64,000 nt of DNA from a virus, in IMG/VR virus record IMGVR_UViG_3300031951_000015, positions 96,001 to 160,000 of that record, one strand, 5' to 3'. The position numbers and the translations under genes are program-made. Position 1 is the first letter of the stretch. Every line of letters begins with the position of its first letter. Below, piece by piece: positions 49,001 through 58,230 of the stretch. The notes under the pieces are model-generated. The model saw nothing but the letters and a program-made list of their open reading frames with translations, was not told where the DNA came from and did not search any database.

Positions 49001-50851
49001 ACCAAGAGATGCAAGAGTTGAAACACCAGTTACATTCAGTTGCTGAGATTGTAAAGTTCCAAAGATAGTTGCACCATAACCAGTAGTTTCAACACGTTTT
49101 ACACCGTCATGATATAAATCAACTGATCCATTATAAGTTGCACCTATTAATTTTTCAAAAAGATTTGATGAATATACTTCAAAATTATTGGAAGTAATTC
49201 TAAGTCCAGTACTATAATCTCTTATATAATTTAATCCACCACCAACATTAGCATGATAAATCTGTAAATCATTACTATCACCAAAGTGTAAAGTATCTCC
49301 ATCACCAAAATATCCATTACTTTGGAATATGACATTACTTTGGAAAGTAGAAATGCCAGAAACATTCAACTGATCAGTAATATCAATCGTGCCAGCATTG
49401 GAATTAAGTATTAGATTTCCAGTGCTGGTATCAATCGTGTTATCATCAGCAATACCAATACGAATATTATCAATTGTTGCTCCACCATTTGCATCAAGAA
49501 GTCCAGTGAATGTGGATACTCCTACAACTTCTAAATTATTTGAAAGAGTAACTTGGCCAGCAATATCCGCTCCACCATTTGCATCAAGAAGTCCAGTGAA
49601 TGTAGAGACTCCTGAAACTTCTAAATTATTTGAAAGAGTAACTTGATCTACAAGTGTAACTTGACCACTAATATTTGCTCCACCATTTGCATCAAGAAGT
49701 CCAGCAAAGGTAGTAACACCACTAATGTTGACATTATCAAGTTCAGTTTGTCCAGTTACATCAATGCCACCATTAGAATCAATAAGTCCAGTGAATGTGG
49801 ATACTCCAACAACACTCAGATCACCTGAAAGAACTGCATTTCTAGCGTTAATCTCATCAGCGAAGATATCATCAGCAACATAAAGATCCGCACCAACGTA
49901 AAAATCAGTACCAGTGGTTGTGATACCAGAAAGAGTTGAAACACCAGTTACATTTAAATTCTGCGATACATTAATATTAGGAGTATTGATCGTATCATCA
50001 GTAAACTGAATATCCCTAACAGCAAAGCGAACACCATTAGGAACTAACGTTGAACCAATACCAACCGCATAGTTGAACATCCATGCATCGGTTGTTCCAA
50101 ACCCATAAGAGTTTGCAGCAACCCACATCAATTGCTTATAAGTTTTGGGTAGTGTGCTAAATCCAGCAAGAGTTAGATCAACTAATGGAGAACCTTCGGT
50201 CGATGCAATCGCAATACCACCGTGATTTGCAGTTACATCATTTGAAATATCTTGCCCAAAAGCATCAGTCGTAACACCAAGAGTTATCTCTTTATCAAAT
50301 ACTTTTAAGTCTGCTGCTGTAATAACTGTTGCAGTTCCACCAATACTGAGGTTTCCTTCAATACGAACATTATTGTGGAAGACTGCCTGAGTATCGTAAA
50401 CATCAAAACCTGTCTGAACATTCAGGTTATTAATTGTGGCAATACCACTTACATTTAAATTATCAAGTTCAGTTTGTCCAGTTACATCTAATCCACCATT
50501 AGCATTGACTTGACCAGTAAGTGTTGAAATACCGGATGCTAAAAGATTTCTAGTAACAACATCGGCACCAACAGTTGCACCACCACTGATGCTAACCCCA
50601 CCAACATATAACTGATTTGCAACATATAAGTCATCACCAAATGTTCCGACACCAACAAATGTAGATGCACCACCTACATTTACATCACCAGTAATATTTG
50701 TAGATCCAACAACAAATAGTGAATGTTGTTGTGCATTGGTTGTCCCAATACCAACCTTCCCAATCGTCTGTAAGACTGTGCGGTTCTCGGTAACTGATGT
50801 AATACCAAGATTAAGATTCTGTTGTCTGCCGCTCTTATATGGTTGGGACAT
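46100..50851 (-). CDS. long tail fibre protein
   Basis: 1583 aa with many LxVxGVSTF and DLYVGG repeats. Confidence 0.75.
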   Translation of the reverse strand: MSQPYKSGRQQNLNLGITSVTENRTVLQTIGKVGIGTTNAQQHSLFVVGSTNITGDVNVGGASTFVGVGTFGDDLYVANQLYVGGVSISGGATVGADVVTRNLLASGISTLTGQVNANGGLDVTGQTELDNLNVSGIATINNLNVQTGFDVYDTQAVFHNNVRIEGNLSIGGTATVITAADLKVFDKEITLGVTTDAFGQDISNDVTANHGGIAIASTEGSPLVDLTLAGFSTLPKTYKQLMWVAANSYGFGTTDAWMFNYAVGIGSTLVPNGVRFAVRDIQFTDDTINTPNINVSQNLNVTGVSTLSGITTTGTDFYVGADLYVADDIFADEINARNAVLSGDLSVVGVSTFTGLIDSNGGIDVTGQTELDNVNISGVTTFAGLLDANGGANISGQVTLVDQVTLSNNLEVSGVSTFTGLLDANGGADIAGQVTLSNNLEVVGVSTFTGLLDANGGATIDNIRIGIADDNTIDTSTGNLILNSNAGTIDITDQLNVSGISTFQSNVIFQSNGYFGDGDTLHFGDSNDLQIYHANVGGGLNYIRDYSTGLRITSNNFEVYSSNLFEKLIGATYNGSVDLYHDGVKRVETTGYGATIFGTLQSQQLNVTGVSTLASLGGITTTGGDLYVGGDLYVKDDLVFDEFTARNATITGNLNVAGLTTVGVVSAISVNATGIITANTFRPSSGFIQAADGTNSFYIYNGSGNVAFQGTIGASSINNGQGYQAINFTTTSTPTVLIPNDLNVTGLTTLSSAGGITTTGGDLYVGGDLYIKDDLFFDEFTARNATVTDTTTLGFTTTGQLYTKNIEIAGVATFRGNAYFGDTDVLNFGDGNDLQIFHDGSNSYLRETGVGSLVLASDGVGVDVYNVAQGEYQARFINNGAVELYHNNVKRLETTGYGITVYDTIQAPQINISGIGTIDGVTISSGIITSSNPGVTTIKYYGDGSNLFGVNAFNVVNQVLSASPVYPTFANNIGVTSIGIADTEVGYVPSSGNLGIGSTNPTAKLQVIGDVIISGITTLGSGATTTQTLFTNQLSVSGVSTFIGITTSNSTIFGNQLSVSGVSTLATLHAPKLTPDGTDFGGSEYLAKADGAGGWTWAEVPGIFSVNNILNGFIVKDEGSVVGTAGSITTLDFVGSNIIATADPQPNGIATVRLSDTPTFDSLVVNTGITTLGVTTSTSLFSNQLSVSGLSTFIGVGTFSSDLYVGGNLYIQNDLVFDEATVRNITVTGTSSLGVASATTLNVTGVSTFNNIVNIGSAITAYPATGIISATAFYGDGSNLANTGSTLNAASGTQRLVLTSQTTGTMTQSATNSDLVYNSSTNTLSGTNFAPTQLSVSGVSTFTGAISTGTTTGFSGQYLQSTGVGVTWATFPTLRTTQTNVATDGQTSFSFAYNVNFLDVFVNGVKLTSSEYTATNGTTITLSSPAFVNDIVEFVSYNTTSVGGGGGGGGASVLDELSDVALNLPPAAGENLTYNGSNWVNDYTVTATTSTTSQTAIHTLSSSTYRSVEYTIQATQGLKYHLTKLLVIHDGLIAYNTEYGTVFTIDSLGTFDVDISGGNIRLLVTPSAAIATNYKIKFTAIKV
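49478..49800. repeat. intragenic direct repeats (FTGLLDANGGA)
   Basis: tccaccatttgcatcaagaagtccag near 49481, 49571 and 49680; degenerate fourth copy near 49770. Confidence 0.75.
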
Positions 50852-50859
50852 TTCTGATA

Positions 50860-51189
50860 TTAGTTAAGAGTTTCTAGGATGCTTCCGATGAATTTAATAT
50901 TGGTGGCACTATTCGAACTAATCTGAATAGAATCACCACTTTCAAGAATCAATTTACCAAATAATAAATTACTAGAATCATTTGCTGGTATTGGTAGATC
51001 TTTTACAATTTCAGTAGTTACCGAAGATCTTTTATGAGAAAAAGAAACGGTATGCGTATCAGATCCAATATTTGCTGCCTGTGCTAGCAAAATAATTCCA
51101 CTGTATCCGACAGGTGCAGTATAAATTCCGACAGTATTAACACCAACAACTTGTGTAATAGTCTGATATACGTTTAATGGTAATGGCAT
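50860..51189 (-). CDS. small beta-rich connector
   Basis: YTAP..AAN..GKLILE.GD..LE; paralog of 42697-43023. Confidence 0.65.
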   Translation of the reverse strand: MPLPLNVYQTITQVVGVNTVGIYTAPVGYSGIILLAQAANIGSDTHTVSFSHKRSSVTTEIVKDLPIPANDSSNLLFGKLILESGDSIQISSNSATNIKFIGSILETLN

Positions 51190-51190
51190 T

Positions 51191-53062
51191 TTAATCTCCT
51201 CCTAATGCGAGTATAAATGGTGTCATTGTGGCAAACAAACTCTTAGAATAGAACGTACCAGAAATCGTTCCTGTAACTTGGTTAATCTGAACACCATCAC
51301 CAATTCGGAAATTTCCTGATTGATCAGTGCTTGTATAAACAACTAGTCCACCATTTCTCGCATCAGTCTCATTTTCTTGAATAGGAACACCACCTTGTGC
51401 AGGTAAGCAAGAATTTATATTTGTTCCAGAACCAATATACTCAAAAGAATGTCCAGAAGCTAATACTCTACTTTGCTTAAAGAATGGAACTGTTGTTCCT
51501 ACACCAACATTATATGGAATATTTTCATTCAATGTAACTGTACATATTCCAGATGATATTGGAGTAGATCTGACTATTGAATAGTAAGTTGGAAGCAACT
51601 CTGCCGTACCCGTTGCTGTATTTATTCCAACATCAGGAGCGGAGAAAGTAACAGTTGGTGTTGAAGTATAACCTCTACCATTGGATACCATTTCAATATT
51701 TGTAACTGATCCACCAACCAATTCTGCAACAGCAGTGGCAGTAACACCCCAATCATTTCCAGTGCTTGGATCTCCAATCGTAATAGTTGGAGTAGAGTTA
51801 TATCCACTTCCAGGATTTGTAATATTAATATCATTAACAGTATAATATAAATTCTCAACATAAACGACCTGACCATCAAAAGGTCTTATGATATCGACTG
51901 CAACTGTACCTCCACCAACATAAGTATGAGGAAGAGTTGATGCCCCAACATAAGCAGAGAAACTATTTGCTGCACCAACAGAATCAACAGTAAATACATA
52001 TCCATAATTTCCAGTAGGATATGTCAACGTACCTGGTCCTGATGGGCAAGTAAATCCAAGACCAGCAATTGTTACGCCCATTCCAACACTTAGATTGTGA
52101 TCGGCGTTTGTTGTGATCGTTAAAAGTCCAGTTGTATTATTATAAGTTGCAGTTTGAACTCCAAGTGTTGGAGTTGATAGATCTAAAATAAGAGTATCGG
52201 AACCTGCATTTAGTGATGAGGTTATAATTCCAGTGTATTGTTTTGCACCAACACCATCAGCAACAAGAGCATAATTACCAAACGAAGCGTTAGAGTTTGT
52301 CAGATCACAAGCAGCGCCTGATCCACAATATACAGCAATATCATCACAAATTGTGAACAGAGAAACTAATTGAGCATATCCACTGTTTGTGATTGAGACT
52401 CCAATACCACCTTGATTATATTGAGTATAAGAGTCAACAACCATTGACTTCAATGGACCAATTGCTTTTGATCCGTCAATCTTCATTCCGATACTATTTG
52501 GAATAAAGTTTGTACAATTCTGAATGTATGGTGACTGTGCAAAATATTTGATTTCATTTGGATCAAATGCAAAAATTGCCTTACCTGGATTCAGTGTTCC
52601 ACTGTAAGACATTTCTGCAACATAGTTTCCAGGAGAAACGTAAAACAGATCTTGGTTTGCATTAGTAGGAACAACAGTGACTTCTCTTAAACTGTCACCG
52701 ACAATACTAACCTGTGGTCCGATTGTAATTGGATTATCTTCTGTATAAGTTCCAGCAGATACTTTGACAACTGTTCCTGGAATCGTTGACGCAATTGCTA
52801 CTGCTGCTTTAATCGTTGCCTTTGCATCACCTAATTTCTTACCTGTGTTTGTATCGTTTCCGTCTTTTGTTACGTAGAGAATATTTGTAACGGAAACACC
52901 CGAACCGACTCTGACTACATCCGTTCCAATACCAGGACGTGCTCTAAGTGTAAAAAGATCAGCATCAAAAGTATTAAGAGCTAATTCACCTAGTTGTAAA
53001 TCTGTTACCGCTGGCACCTTTCCGGGCACAGCAGATCTTTTAATTCTAAACGGAGTCGCCAT
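51191..53062 (-). CDS. tail fibre/spike protein with beta-helix domain
   Basis: IKRSAVPGKVP..GELALN; YV..GNDTN.G; SPYIQNCT; TSTDQ.GNFRIG; ends LALGG. Confidence 0.65.
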   Translation of the reverse strand: MATPFRIKRSAVPGKVPAVTDLQLGELALNTFDADLFTLRARPGIGTDVVRVGSGVSVTNILYVTKDGNDTNTGKKLGDAKATIKAAVAIASTIPGTVVKVSAGTYTEDNPITIGPQVSIVGDSLREVTVVPTNANQDLFYVSPGNYVAEMSYSGTLNPGKAIFAFDPNEIKYFAQSPYIQNCTNFIPNSIGMKIDGSKAIGPLKSMVVDSYTQYNQGGIGVSITNSGYAQLVSLFTICDDIAVYCGSGAACDLTNSNASFGNYALVADGVGAKQYTGIITSSLNAGSDTLILDLSTPTLGVQTATYNNTTGLLTITTNADHNLSVGMGVTIAGLGFTCPSGPGTLTYPTGNYGYVFTVDSVGAANSFSAYVGASTLPHTYVGGGTVAVDIIRPFDGQVVYVENLYYTVNDINITNPGSGYNSTPTITIGDPSTGNDWGVTATAVAELVGGSVTNIEMVSNGRGYTSTPTVTFSAPDVGINTATGTAELLPTYYSIVRSTPISSGICTVTLNENIPYNVGVGTTVPFFKQSRVLASGHSFEYIGSGTNINSCLPAQGGVPIQENETDARNGGLVVYTSTDQSGNFRIGDGVQINQVTGTISGTFYSKSLFATMTPFILALGGD

Positions 53063-53119
53063 CTATTCGCATTCGGTATTTACCAAAATCAGCAGTATAT
53101 ACTGCTTTCATTTATTTAT

Positions 53120-53491
53120 TCAAGATGCATTATTCCTTCTGGGACGATAGGCAAATAGATTCGTAGGAGGATCTGGTTTCATCCATTCTTCTATTTTATT
53201 CAATCTATCTTCACTATAAAAATCTTGCTGAACATACCACAACTTCCAGTACTCGTGCCCCTTCGATTGATTGCAATCGTGGCAGCAGCATACTACATTT
53301 TTTGTAAAGTCTGCACCACCTTTGGATTGGGGGACAATATGATCAATTGTGAGTTTCTCTTCCGACCCACAATAGGCACATTGATGTCCCCATTCTTCTT
53401 TTATATTTTGCCTCCACATTCGTTTCGCCTCACCAGAACTTGTTACATGTAAATTAAACAAGTATTCTTTTGGAGAATGTAGAGGTCCCAT
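53120..53491 (-). CDS. HNH endonuclease (McrA-like)
   Basis: CAYC..TIDHIVP..GG..NVV.CC..CN.SK. Confidence 0.88.
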   Translation of the reverse strand: MGPLHSPKEYLFNLHVTSSGEAKRMWRQNIKEEWGHQCAYCGSEEKLTIDHIVPQSKGGADFTKNVVCCCHDCNQSKGHEYWKLWYVQQDFYSEDRLNKIEEWMKPDPPTNLFAYRPRRNNAS

Positions 53492-53494
53492 AAG

Positions 53495-53695
53495 TTATTG
53501 CAACTTATCTGTATTTATCTTTTTACAAGCACCTCTTGCCCAAGCACGACTTAAACTATTCACGTAAGAACACGCTTTTTGTTTCTTTCCACAATACGGA
53601 CATTCCGCGTCTGGGGGATCTACAATGTATCCATCAGGCGTATACATCCTTTTCTTTTTTTGATTCTCAGATTGTTTTCTTTTTCGATGATTCAT
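53495..53695 (-). CDS. small Cys-rich hypothetical protein
   Basis: CPYC..C..C. Confidence 0.55.
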   Translation of the reverse strand: MNHRKRKQSENQKKKRMYTPDGYIVDPPDAECPYCGKKQKACSYVNSLSRAWARGACKKINTDKLQ

Positions 53696-54006
53696 ATAAT
53701 CACAGGTTGCCCTTGACCTTCAGGAAGTTTGATCTGAGGCAGTTGATTAATTTTGTCAACCATCCATTCTTCCTGATGTTGCTTATAAGGTTCTGTATTG
53801 ATTGCTATTTCATTAGTTGGTAGTGCTTTGGGCATTTCAATGTCAATTACTGGACTCATCAGGGTTTTGTTTTTTACAATCTCACGATTTGGTCCGTCTA
53901 GATGCATCATCATTCTTGCATCTTCAAAATTACCACAATCACAAATTTTTTTATGAGTTCTTCTTTCTCTTACTGTGAAATAATCTTCACTGTTGTACTT
54001 GTTCAT
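53692..54006 (-). CDS. hypothetical protein
   Basis: ORF in operon context. Confidence 0.55.
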   Translation of the reverse strand: MNKYNSEDYFTVRERRTHKKICDCGNFEDARMMMHLDGPNREIVKNKTLMSPVIDIEMPKALPTNEIAINTEPYKQHQEEWMVDKINQLPQIKLPEGQGQPVII

Positions 54007-54115
54007 TGTCTTGTTCCTTTTCCGTATTATACTCTCTTTTCATCGGCCTGTAAAGTTGGGGCCAAGTGTCCTGAATGATTTCTGCAAGTTTATAAGGTGT
54101 TTCTGATGTAATCAT
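53987..54115 (-). CDS. 42-aa hypothetical protein
   Basis: MITSETPYKLAEIIQDTWPQLYRP.. Confidence 0.55.
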   Translation of the reverse strand: MITSETPYKLAEIIQDTWPQLYRPMKREYNTEKEQDNEQVQQ

Positions 54116-54186
54116 AAGTCTTGTAATACTGATAATATAAACATAAAAAATCCAAATGCTATGAATGAAAAAAGCATAAAGAACAT
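54112..54186 (-). CDS. 24-aa hydrophobic peptide
   Basis: MFFMLFSFIAFGFFMFILSVLQDL; ATGA overlap with the next ORF. Confidence 0.4.
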   Translation of the reverse strand: MFFMLFSFIAFGFFMFILSVLQDL

Positions 54187-54211
54187 AAAAAAAGGAGTTC
54201 GGAGAACTCCC
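54187..54211 (-). terminator. psbD terminator
   Basis: GGAGTTC-TCC-GAACTCC followed by T7. Confidence 0.75.
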
Positions 54212-54220
54212 TTATTTATT

Positions 54221-55282
54221 TTAGAGTGCGTTTCCTCTGGGAAGAACCTCTTCTGGAAAAACAAATCGTTCGTGGGGTTGATCTACTGGAGCCATCCAAG
54301 CACGAATGCCCTCGTTGAGCAGTATATTTTTAGAATAAAAAGTTTCAAATTCCGGATCCTCCGCAGCACGAATCTCCTGACTTACAAAGTCATAAGCCCT
54401 CAAATTCAAACCCAAACCGATAATACCAATAGAAGAAGTCCACAAACCCATAACAGGAACAAAGAGCATAAAGAAGTGAAGCCAACGCTTATTACTAAAA
54501 GCAATTCCAAAGATTTGCGACCAGTAACGGTTAGCAGTAACCATTGAATAGGTTTCCTCTTCTTGTGTGGGTTCAAACCCTTTGAAAGTATTTGAAGCAT
54601 CACCATCTTCATAAAGTGTGTTTTCTACAGTTGCTCCGTGAATCGCACAGAGCAGTGCTCCACCCAGTATACCAGCAACTCCCATCATATGGAAGGGGTT
54701 GAGGGTCCAGTTGTGGAAACCTTGTAGGAAGAGCAGGAAACGGAAGATCGCTGCCACACCAAAGGAAGGAGCGAAGAACCAGCTGGATTGCCCCAGAGGA
54801 TACATCAGGAAGACGCTCACGAAGACTGCAATGGGTCCAGAGAAGGCAATCGCATTGTAGGGTCTGATGCCCACCAGGCGGGCGATCTCGAACTGACGCA
54901 ACATGAATCCAATCAGGCTGAAAGCCCCGTGGAGCGCCACAAAAGGCCAGAGTCCCCCAAGTTGGCACCACCTGACGAAATCCCCTTGAGACTCAGGACC
55001 CCAAAGTAGAAGAAGAGAATGACCCATAGCATCTGCAGGCGTTGACACAGCAGCCGTAAGGAAATTAGCCCCTTCAAGATAACTAGACGCCAACCCGTGG
55101 GTGTACCAGCTCGTAACAAACGTTGTGCCAGTAAGCCAGCCACCAAGGGCAAGATAAGCAGTGGGAAAAAGTAATAGTCCAGACCAACCCACAAATACAA
55201 AGCGATCTCGTTTAAGCCAGTCATCCAGGACATCGAACCATCCTCGTTGCGAAATTGGTTGTGAAAGAGTAGAAGAAGTCAT
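54221..55282 (-). CDS. psbD: photosystem II D2 protein
   Basis: [27 protein letters not shown]. Confidence 0.98.
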   Translation of the reverse strand: MTSSTLSQPISQRGWFDVLDDWLKRDRFVFVGWSGLLLFPTAYLALGGWLTGTTFVTSWYTHGLASSYLEGANFLTAAVSTPADAMGHSLLLLWGPESQGDFVRWCQLGGLWPFVALHGAFSLIGFMLRQFEIARLVGIRPYNAIAFSGPIAVFVSVFLMYPLGQSSWFFAPSFGVAAIFRFLLFLQGFHNWTLNPFHMMGVAGILGGALLCAIHGATVENTLYEDGDASNTFKGFEPTQEEETYSMVTANRYWSQIFGIAFSNKRWLHFFMLFVPVMGLWTSSIGIIGLGLNLRAYDFVSQEIRAAEDPEFETFYSKNILLNEGIRAWMAPVDQPHERFVFPEEVLPRGNAL

Positions 55283-55302
55283 AACCTCCTATGTATTTCT
55301 CA

Positions 55303-55336
55303 TATTTATCTTAACATTACTTCACAAAGAGGTCAA
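55303..55336 (-). promoter_or_regulatory. psbD dual promoter
   Basis: TTGACC-N17-TAAGAT overlapping a late TAAATA. Confidence 0.65.
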
Positions 55337-55349
55337 TGAGTATTAGTAC

Positions 55350-55472
55350 TCATCCCCAATAAATTACTGAAAGAGTGAAGACGACAAACACAATAACTGT
55401 AAAACCCATCATACCTACTCCTGCCCAGATAACCCAGTCTTCCATAGGTTCGTGTTGATTATTATGAGACAT
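55350..55472 (-). CDS. 40-aa single-TM protein
   Basis: MSHNNQHEPMEDWVIWAGVGMMGFTVIVFVVFTLSVIYWG. Confidence 0.55.
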   Translation of the reverse strand: MSHNNQHEPMEDWVIWAGVGMMGFTVIVFVVFTLSVIYWG

Positions 55473-55977
55473 TGGTTTCGTGTTTTTCCAAATATGAGTG
55501 AAGGTCCTTCAAATGTTCCGTTGCTTGTTTCCAGTCACCATCAAACCTTTCATTCAGGAGGTCATACATTTTAGTAGCACTATCACTAGTCATTCCGTTT
55601 TGGGACATATGAGTCACAAAGTCTTGTTTGTTCATAATTAAAAATAGTAGAATTGTAATTTTTGTTTTTCTTCTTTCACCCATATGAGGAAAGATAGATT
55701 TTAATAGAGAAGGAAGACGTATTTTGCCATTACATCCAACTCTGTAAAGTAACTTACGATTGCCCCTTTTGTCTTGATAAGTTCTAACACTCTTGGATTG
55801 AAATAAAGATGCTACTCTATAAACAACATCCTTATCAGTCATTTGAAGGTGAACGTATGGGTCATAATAAAATTTTACGTCACCCGTAGATTTGAGTGTG
55901 TATTTTCTTTTATTATACCCAAAGTGTCCTTCACCTTCAAGTATTCCTGCCAACCAAGCAGCATCAATATCAGACAT
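55462..55977 (-). mobile_element. single-motif LAGLIDADG-like homing endonuclease
   Basis: AWLAGILEGEGHF..LQMTD..SIFPHM..RK. Confidence 0.7.
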
Positions 55978-56004
55978 AAAAAAGAGGGGTGTTTATTCCC
56001 CTCT
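55978..56004 (-). terminator. psbA terminator
   Basis: AGAGGGG-loop-CCCCTCT followed by a T-tract. Confidence 0.75.
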
Positions 56005-56030
56005 CATTATACTAGGTTTTTCCTAATAAA

Positions 56031-57110
56031 TCAACCGATGGTTGGAGCAGTCAGAGCAACAGGAGTGTTCTGTGCAGCAGCGAGGTCCAACGGAAAATTG
56101 TGGGCGTTACGTTCATGCATAACTTCCATTCCGAGTCCTGCACGATTGAGTACATCAGCCCAGGTATTAAGTACACGACCTTGTGAGTCAATGATGCTCT
56201 GGTTAAAGTTGAAGCCATTCAAATTGAAGGCCATAGTGCTCACACCAAGAGCAGTGAACCAGATGCCTACAACAGGCCAGCTAGCAAGGAAGAAGTGCAG
56301 CGAACGGGAGTTATTAAAGGAGGCATATTGAAAAATAAGGCGTCCAAAATAACCGTGAGCAGCAACGATGTTATAGGTCTCTTCTTCTTGACCGAACTTG
56401 TAACCATAGTTCTGTGACTCTTGCTCAGTGGTTTCACGAACCAGTGAGGAAGTAACCAGAGAACCGTGCATAGCACTGAACAGAGAACCACCGAAGACAC
56501 CAGCAACACCAAGCATGTGGAAGGGGTGCATCAGGATGTTGTGCTCTGCCTGGAACACAAGCATGTAGTTGAAAGTACCAGAGATACCCAGAGGCATTGC
56601 ATCAGAGAAAGAACCTTGACCGAAAGGATAGACCAGGAACACTGCGCTAGCAGCAGCAACAGGTGCCGAGTAGGCAACACAAATCCAAGGACGCATACCA
56701 AGACGGTAAGAAAGTTCCCACTCACGACCCATATAAGCATAGATGCCGATGAGGAAGTGGAATACAACAAGTTGGAAAGGACCACCGTTGTAGAGCCACT
56801 CATCCAGGGAAGCAGCTTCCCAGATGGGATAAAAGTGCAGTCCAATAGCGTTGGACGAAGGGATAACAGCACCAGAGATGATGTTGTTTCCGTACATCAG
56901 AGAACCAGCAACGGGTTCACGGATGCCATCGATGTCCACAGGAGGAGCAGCGATGAACGCAACAATGAAACAGATGGTAGCAGCGAGAAGGGTTGGAATC
57001 ATTAGAGTTCCGAACCAACCAACATACAAACGATTGTCGGTTGAAGTGACCCACTGACAGAACTGTTCCCAAGTATTTGATTGTCGTTGTTGTGCAATTG
57101 AAGCAGTCAT
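56031..57110 (-). CDS. psbA: photosystem II D1 protein (no intron)
   Basis: [22 protein letters not shown]. Confidence 0.99.
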   Translation of the reverse strand: MTASIAQQRQSNTWEQFCQWVTSTDNRLYVGWFGTLMIPTLLAATICFIVAFIAAPPVDIDGIREPVAGSLMYGNNIISGAVIPSSNAIGLHFYPIWEAASLDEWLYNGGPFQLVVFHFLIGIYAYMGREWELSYRLGMRPWICVAYSAPVAAASAVFLVYPFGQGSFSDAMPLGISGTFNYMLVFQAEHNILMHPFHMLGVAGVFGGSLFSAMHGSLVTSSLVRETTEQESQNYGYKFGQEEETYNIVAAHGYFGRLIFQYASFNNSRSLHFFLASWPVVGIWFTALGVSTMAFNLNGFNFNQSIIDSQGRVLNTWADVLNRAGLGMEVMHERNAHNFPLDLAAAQNTPVALTAPTIG

Positions 57111-57114
57111 TGTT

Positions 57115-57230
57115 TTTAAAAGAGTAGTAAGACCATCAGGGAAATGGTGGAGTTACTATTCCCCAGTCACCCTCAGACTGGGTATGAGAGACGTTCTTAT
57201 ACACCCATAGGTCTCGGTTAACGGGTGTTT
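57115..57230 (-). ncRNA. structured psbA leader (PhotoRC-II-like)
   Basis: Stems ACACCC/GGGTGT, CCCAGTC/GACTGGG and ACCAT/ATGGT plus a GAGAC/GTCTC pairing, directly upstream of phage psbA. Confidence 0.65.
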
Positions 57231-57273
57231 AACAATGTAACGAATTATGAGAGATCCGTAACATTTGTTTACC

Positions 57274-57307
57274 TATTTATCATACTACGGTTTGCCGTCC
57301 GTGTCAA
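57274..57307 (-). promoter_or_regulatory. psbA dual promoter
   Basis: TTGACA-N17-TATGAT overlapping TAAATA. Confidence 0.75.
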
Positions 57308-57468
57308 GCCTTTTCGGGAAAATTTTTCCAAGTGACCCCAGTATTTTTAAGTTCTTCGTCAAGGTTCTTTATCTTTTTATCCAAATCTTTTGATGGTTTA
57401 GAATACTTGATAGCTTTTTTAAAAATTCCCATTAAGTATTAACGTCTTTTTACCTTATCAAGTATTTA

Positions 57469-57633
57469 TTATACCCTATATTCATCAATCTTGTCTAAAA
57501 CTTTATTGAGATATTGATGTGCTAACCACTTTGGATCATATCCGGATTTGTTCATCCACTCTTTATCCAGGTCATTTTTTATTTTAAGAACTTCACATTT
57601 TATTATATCCTTTGTCAACTGTCCTCTTGGCAT
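57469..57633 (-). CDS. 54-aa hypothetical protein
   Basis: MPRGQLTK..KWLAHQYLNKVLDKIDEY. Confidence 0.6.
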   Translation of the reverse strand: MPRGQLTKDIIKCEVLKIKNDLDKEWMNKSGYDPKWLAHQYLNKVLDKIDEYRV

Positions 57634-57691
57634 AATACTAAAAAACTCTGCTCAATATTTAGAGCAGAGTTTCAAGTTATCTCTTATTATT

Positions 57692-58219
57692 TCAGACTTG
57701 TGCGGTTTCCCTCACAGTTGACTTCACGTAATCGAGAACCATTTCTGGAGTAGTCGCTTCGTAAGGGTCGGTGTCGGCATTGTCCCGTTGCCCCTCCTCA
57801 ACGAATAGTTTCTCGATGATTCCGTTATCCACGACCGCAGCATAACGCCAAGAGCGACTGCCGAAACCAAGGTTAGACTTAGTGACGAGCATACCCATAG
57901 AACGTGTGAAATATGCATTACCGTCTGGAATGAGTTTTACTTTCTCAATGTTCTGGTCTTGCGCCCAAGCATTCATCACAAACCCATCATTAACAGAGAT
58001 GCAGTAAATAGCATCGATGCCACTACCAATAAAGTCGTCGTATTTCTCTTCGAATCCAGGTAACTGATAGGCACTGCAAGTAGGAGTGAAAGCACCAGGC
58101 AGGCTAAAAATGACCACACGCTTTCCATTGAATAGATCAGCAGTTGTTCTATTTACAAACTCACCAGACTCACGAAACACAAACTCGACCTGAGGAACTT
58201 GATATTGTTCTTTACGCAT
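57692..58219 (-). CDS. type II peroxiredoxin
   Basis: LPGAFTPTCS, SVND.FVM.AW, RSWRY. Start trimmed to follow GGAGG. Confidence 0.92.
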   Translation of the reverse strand: MRKEQYQVPQVEFVFRESGEFVNRTTADLFNGKRVVIFSLPGAFTPTCSAYQLPGFEEKYDDFIGSGIDAIYCISVNDGFVMNAWAQDQNIEKVKLIPDGNAYFTRSMGMLVTKSNLGFGSRSWRYAAVVDNGIIEKLFVEEGQRDNADTDPYEATTPEMVLDYVKSTVRETAQV

Positions 58220-58230
58220 TTTAACCTCCA

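Noticed and set aside
17728-53062. Diversity-generating retroelement or invertible cassette for tip variation
   Set aside because: No reverse transcriptase or recombinase, no adenine-only-mismatch repeat pair noticed, and all fibre genes are co-oriented.
54221-57110. Group I intron in psbA or psbD
   Set aside because: Both ORFs are continuous and of normal length.
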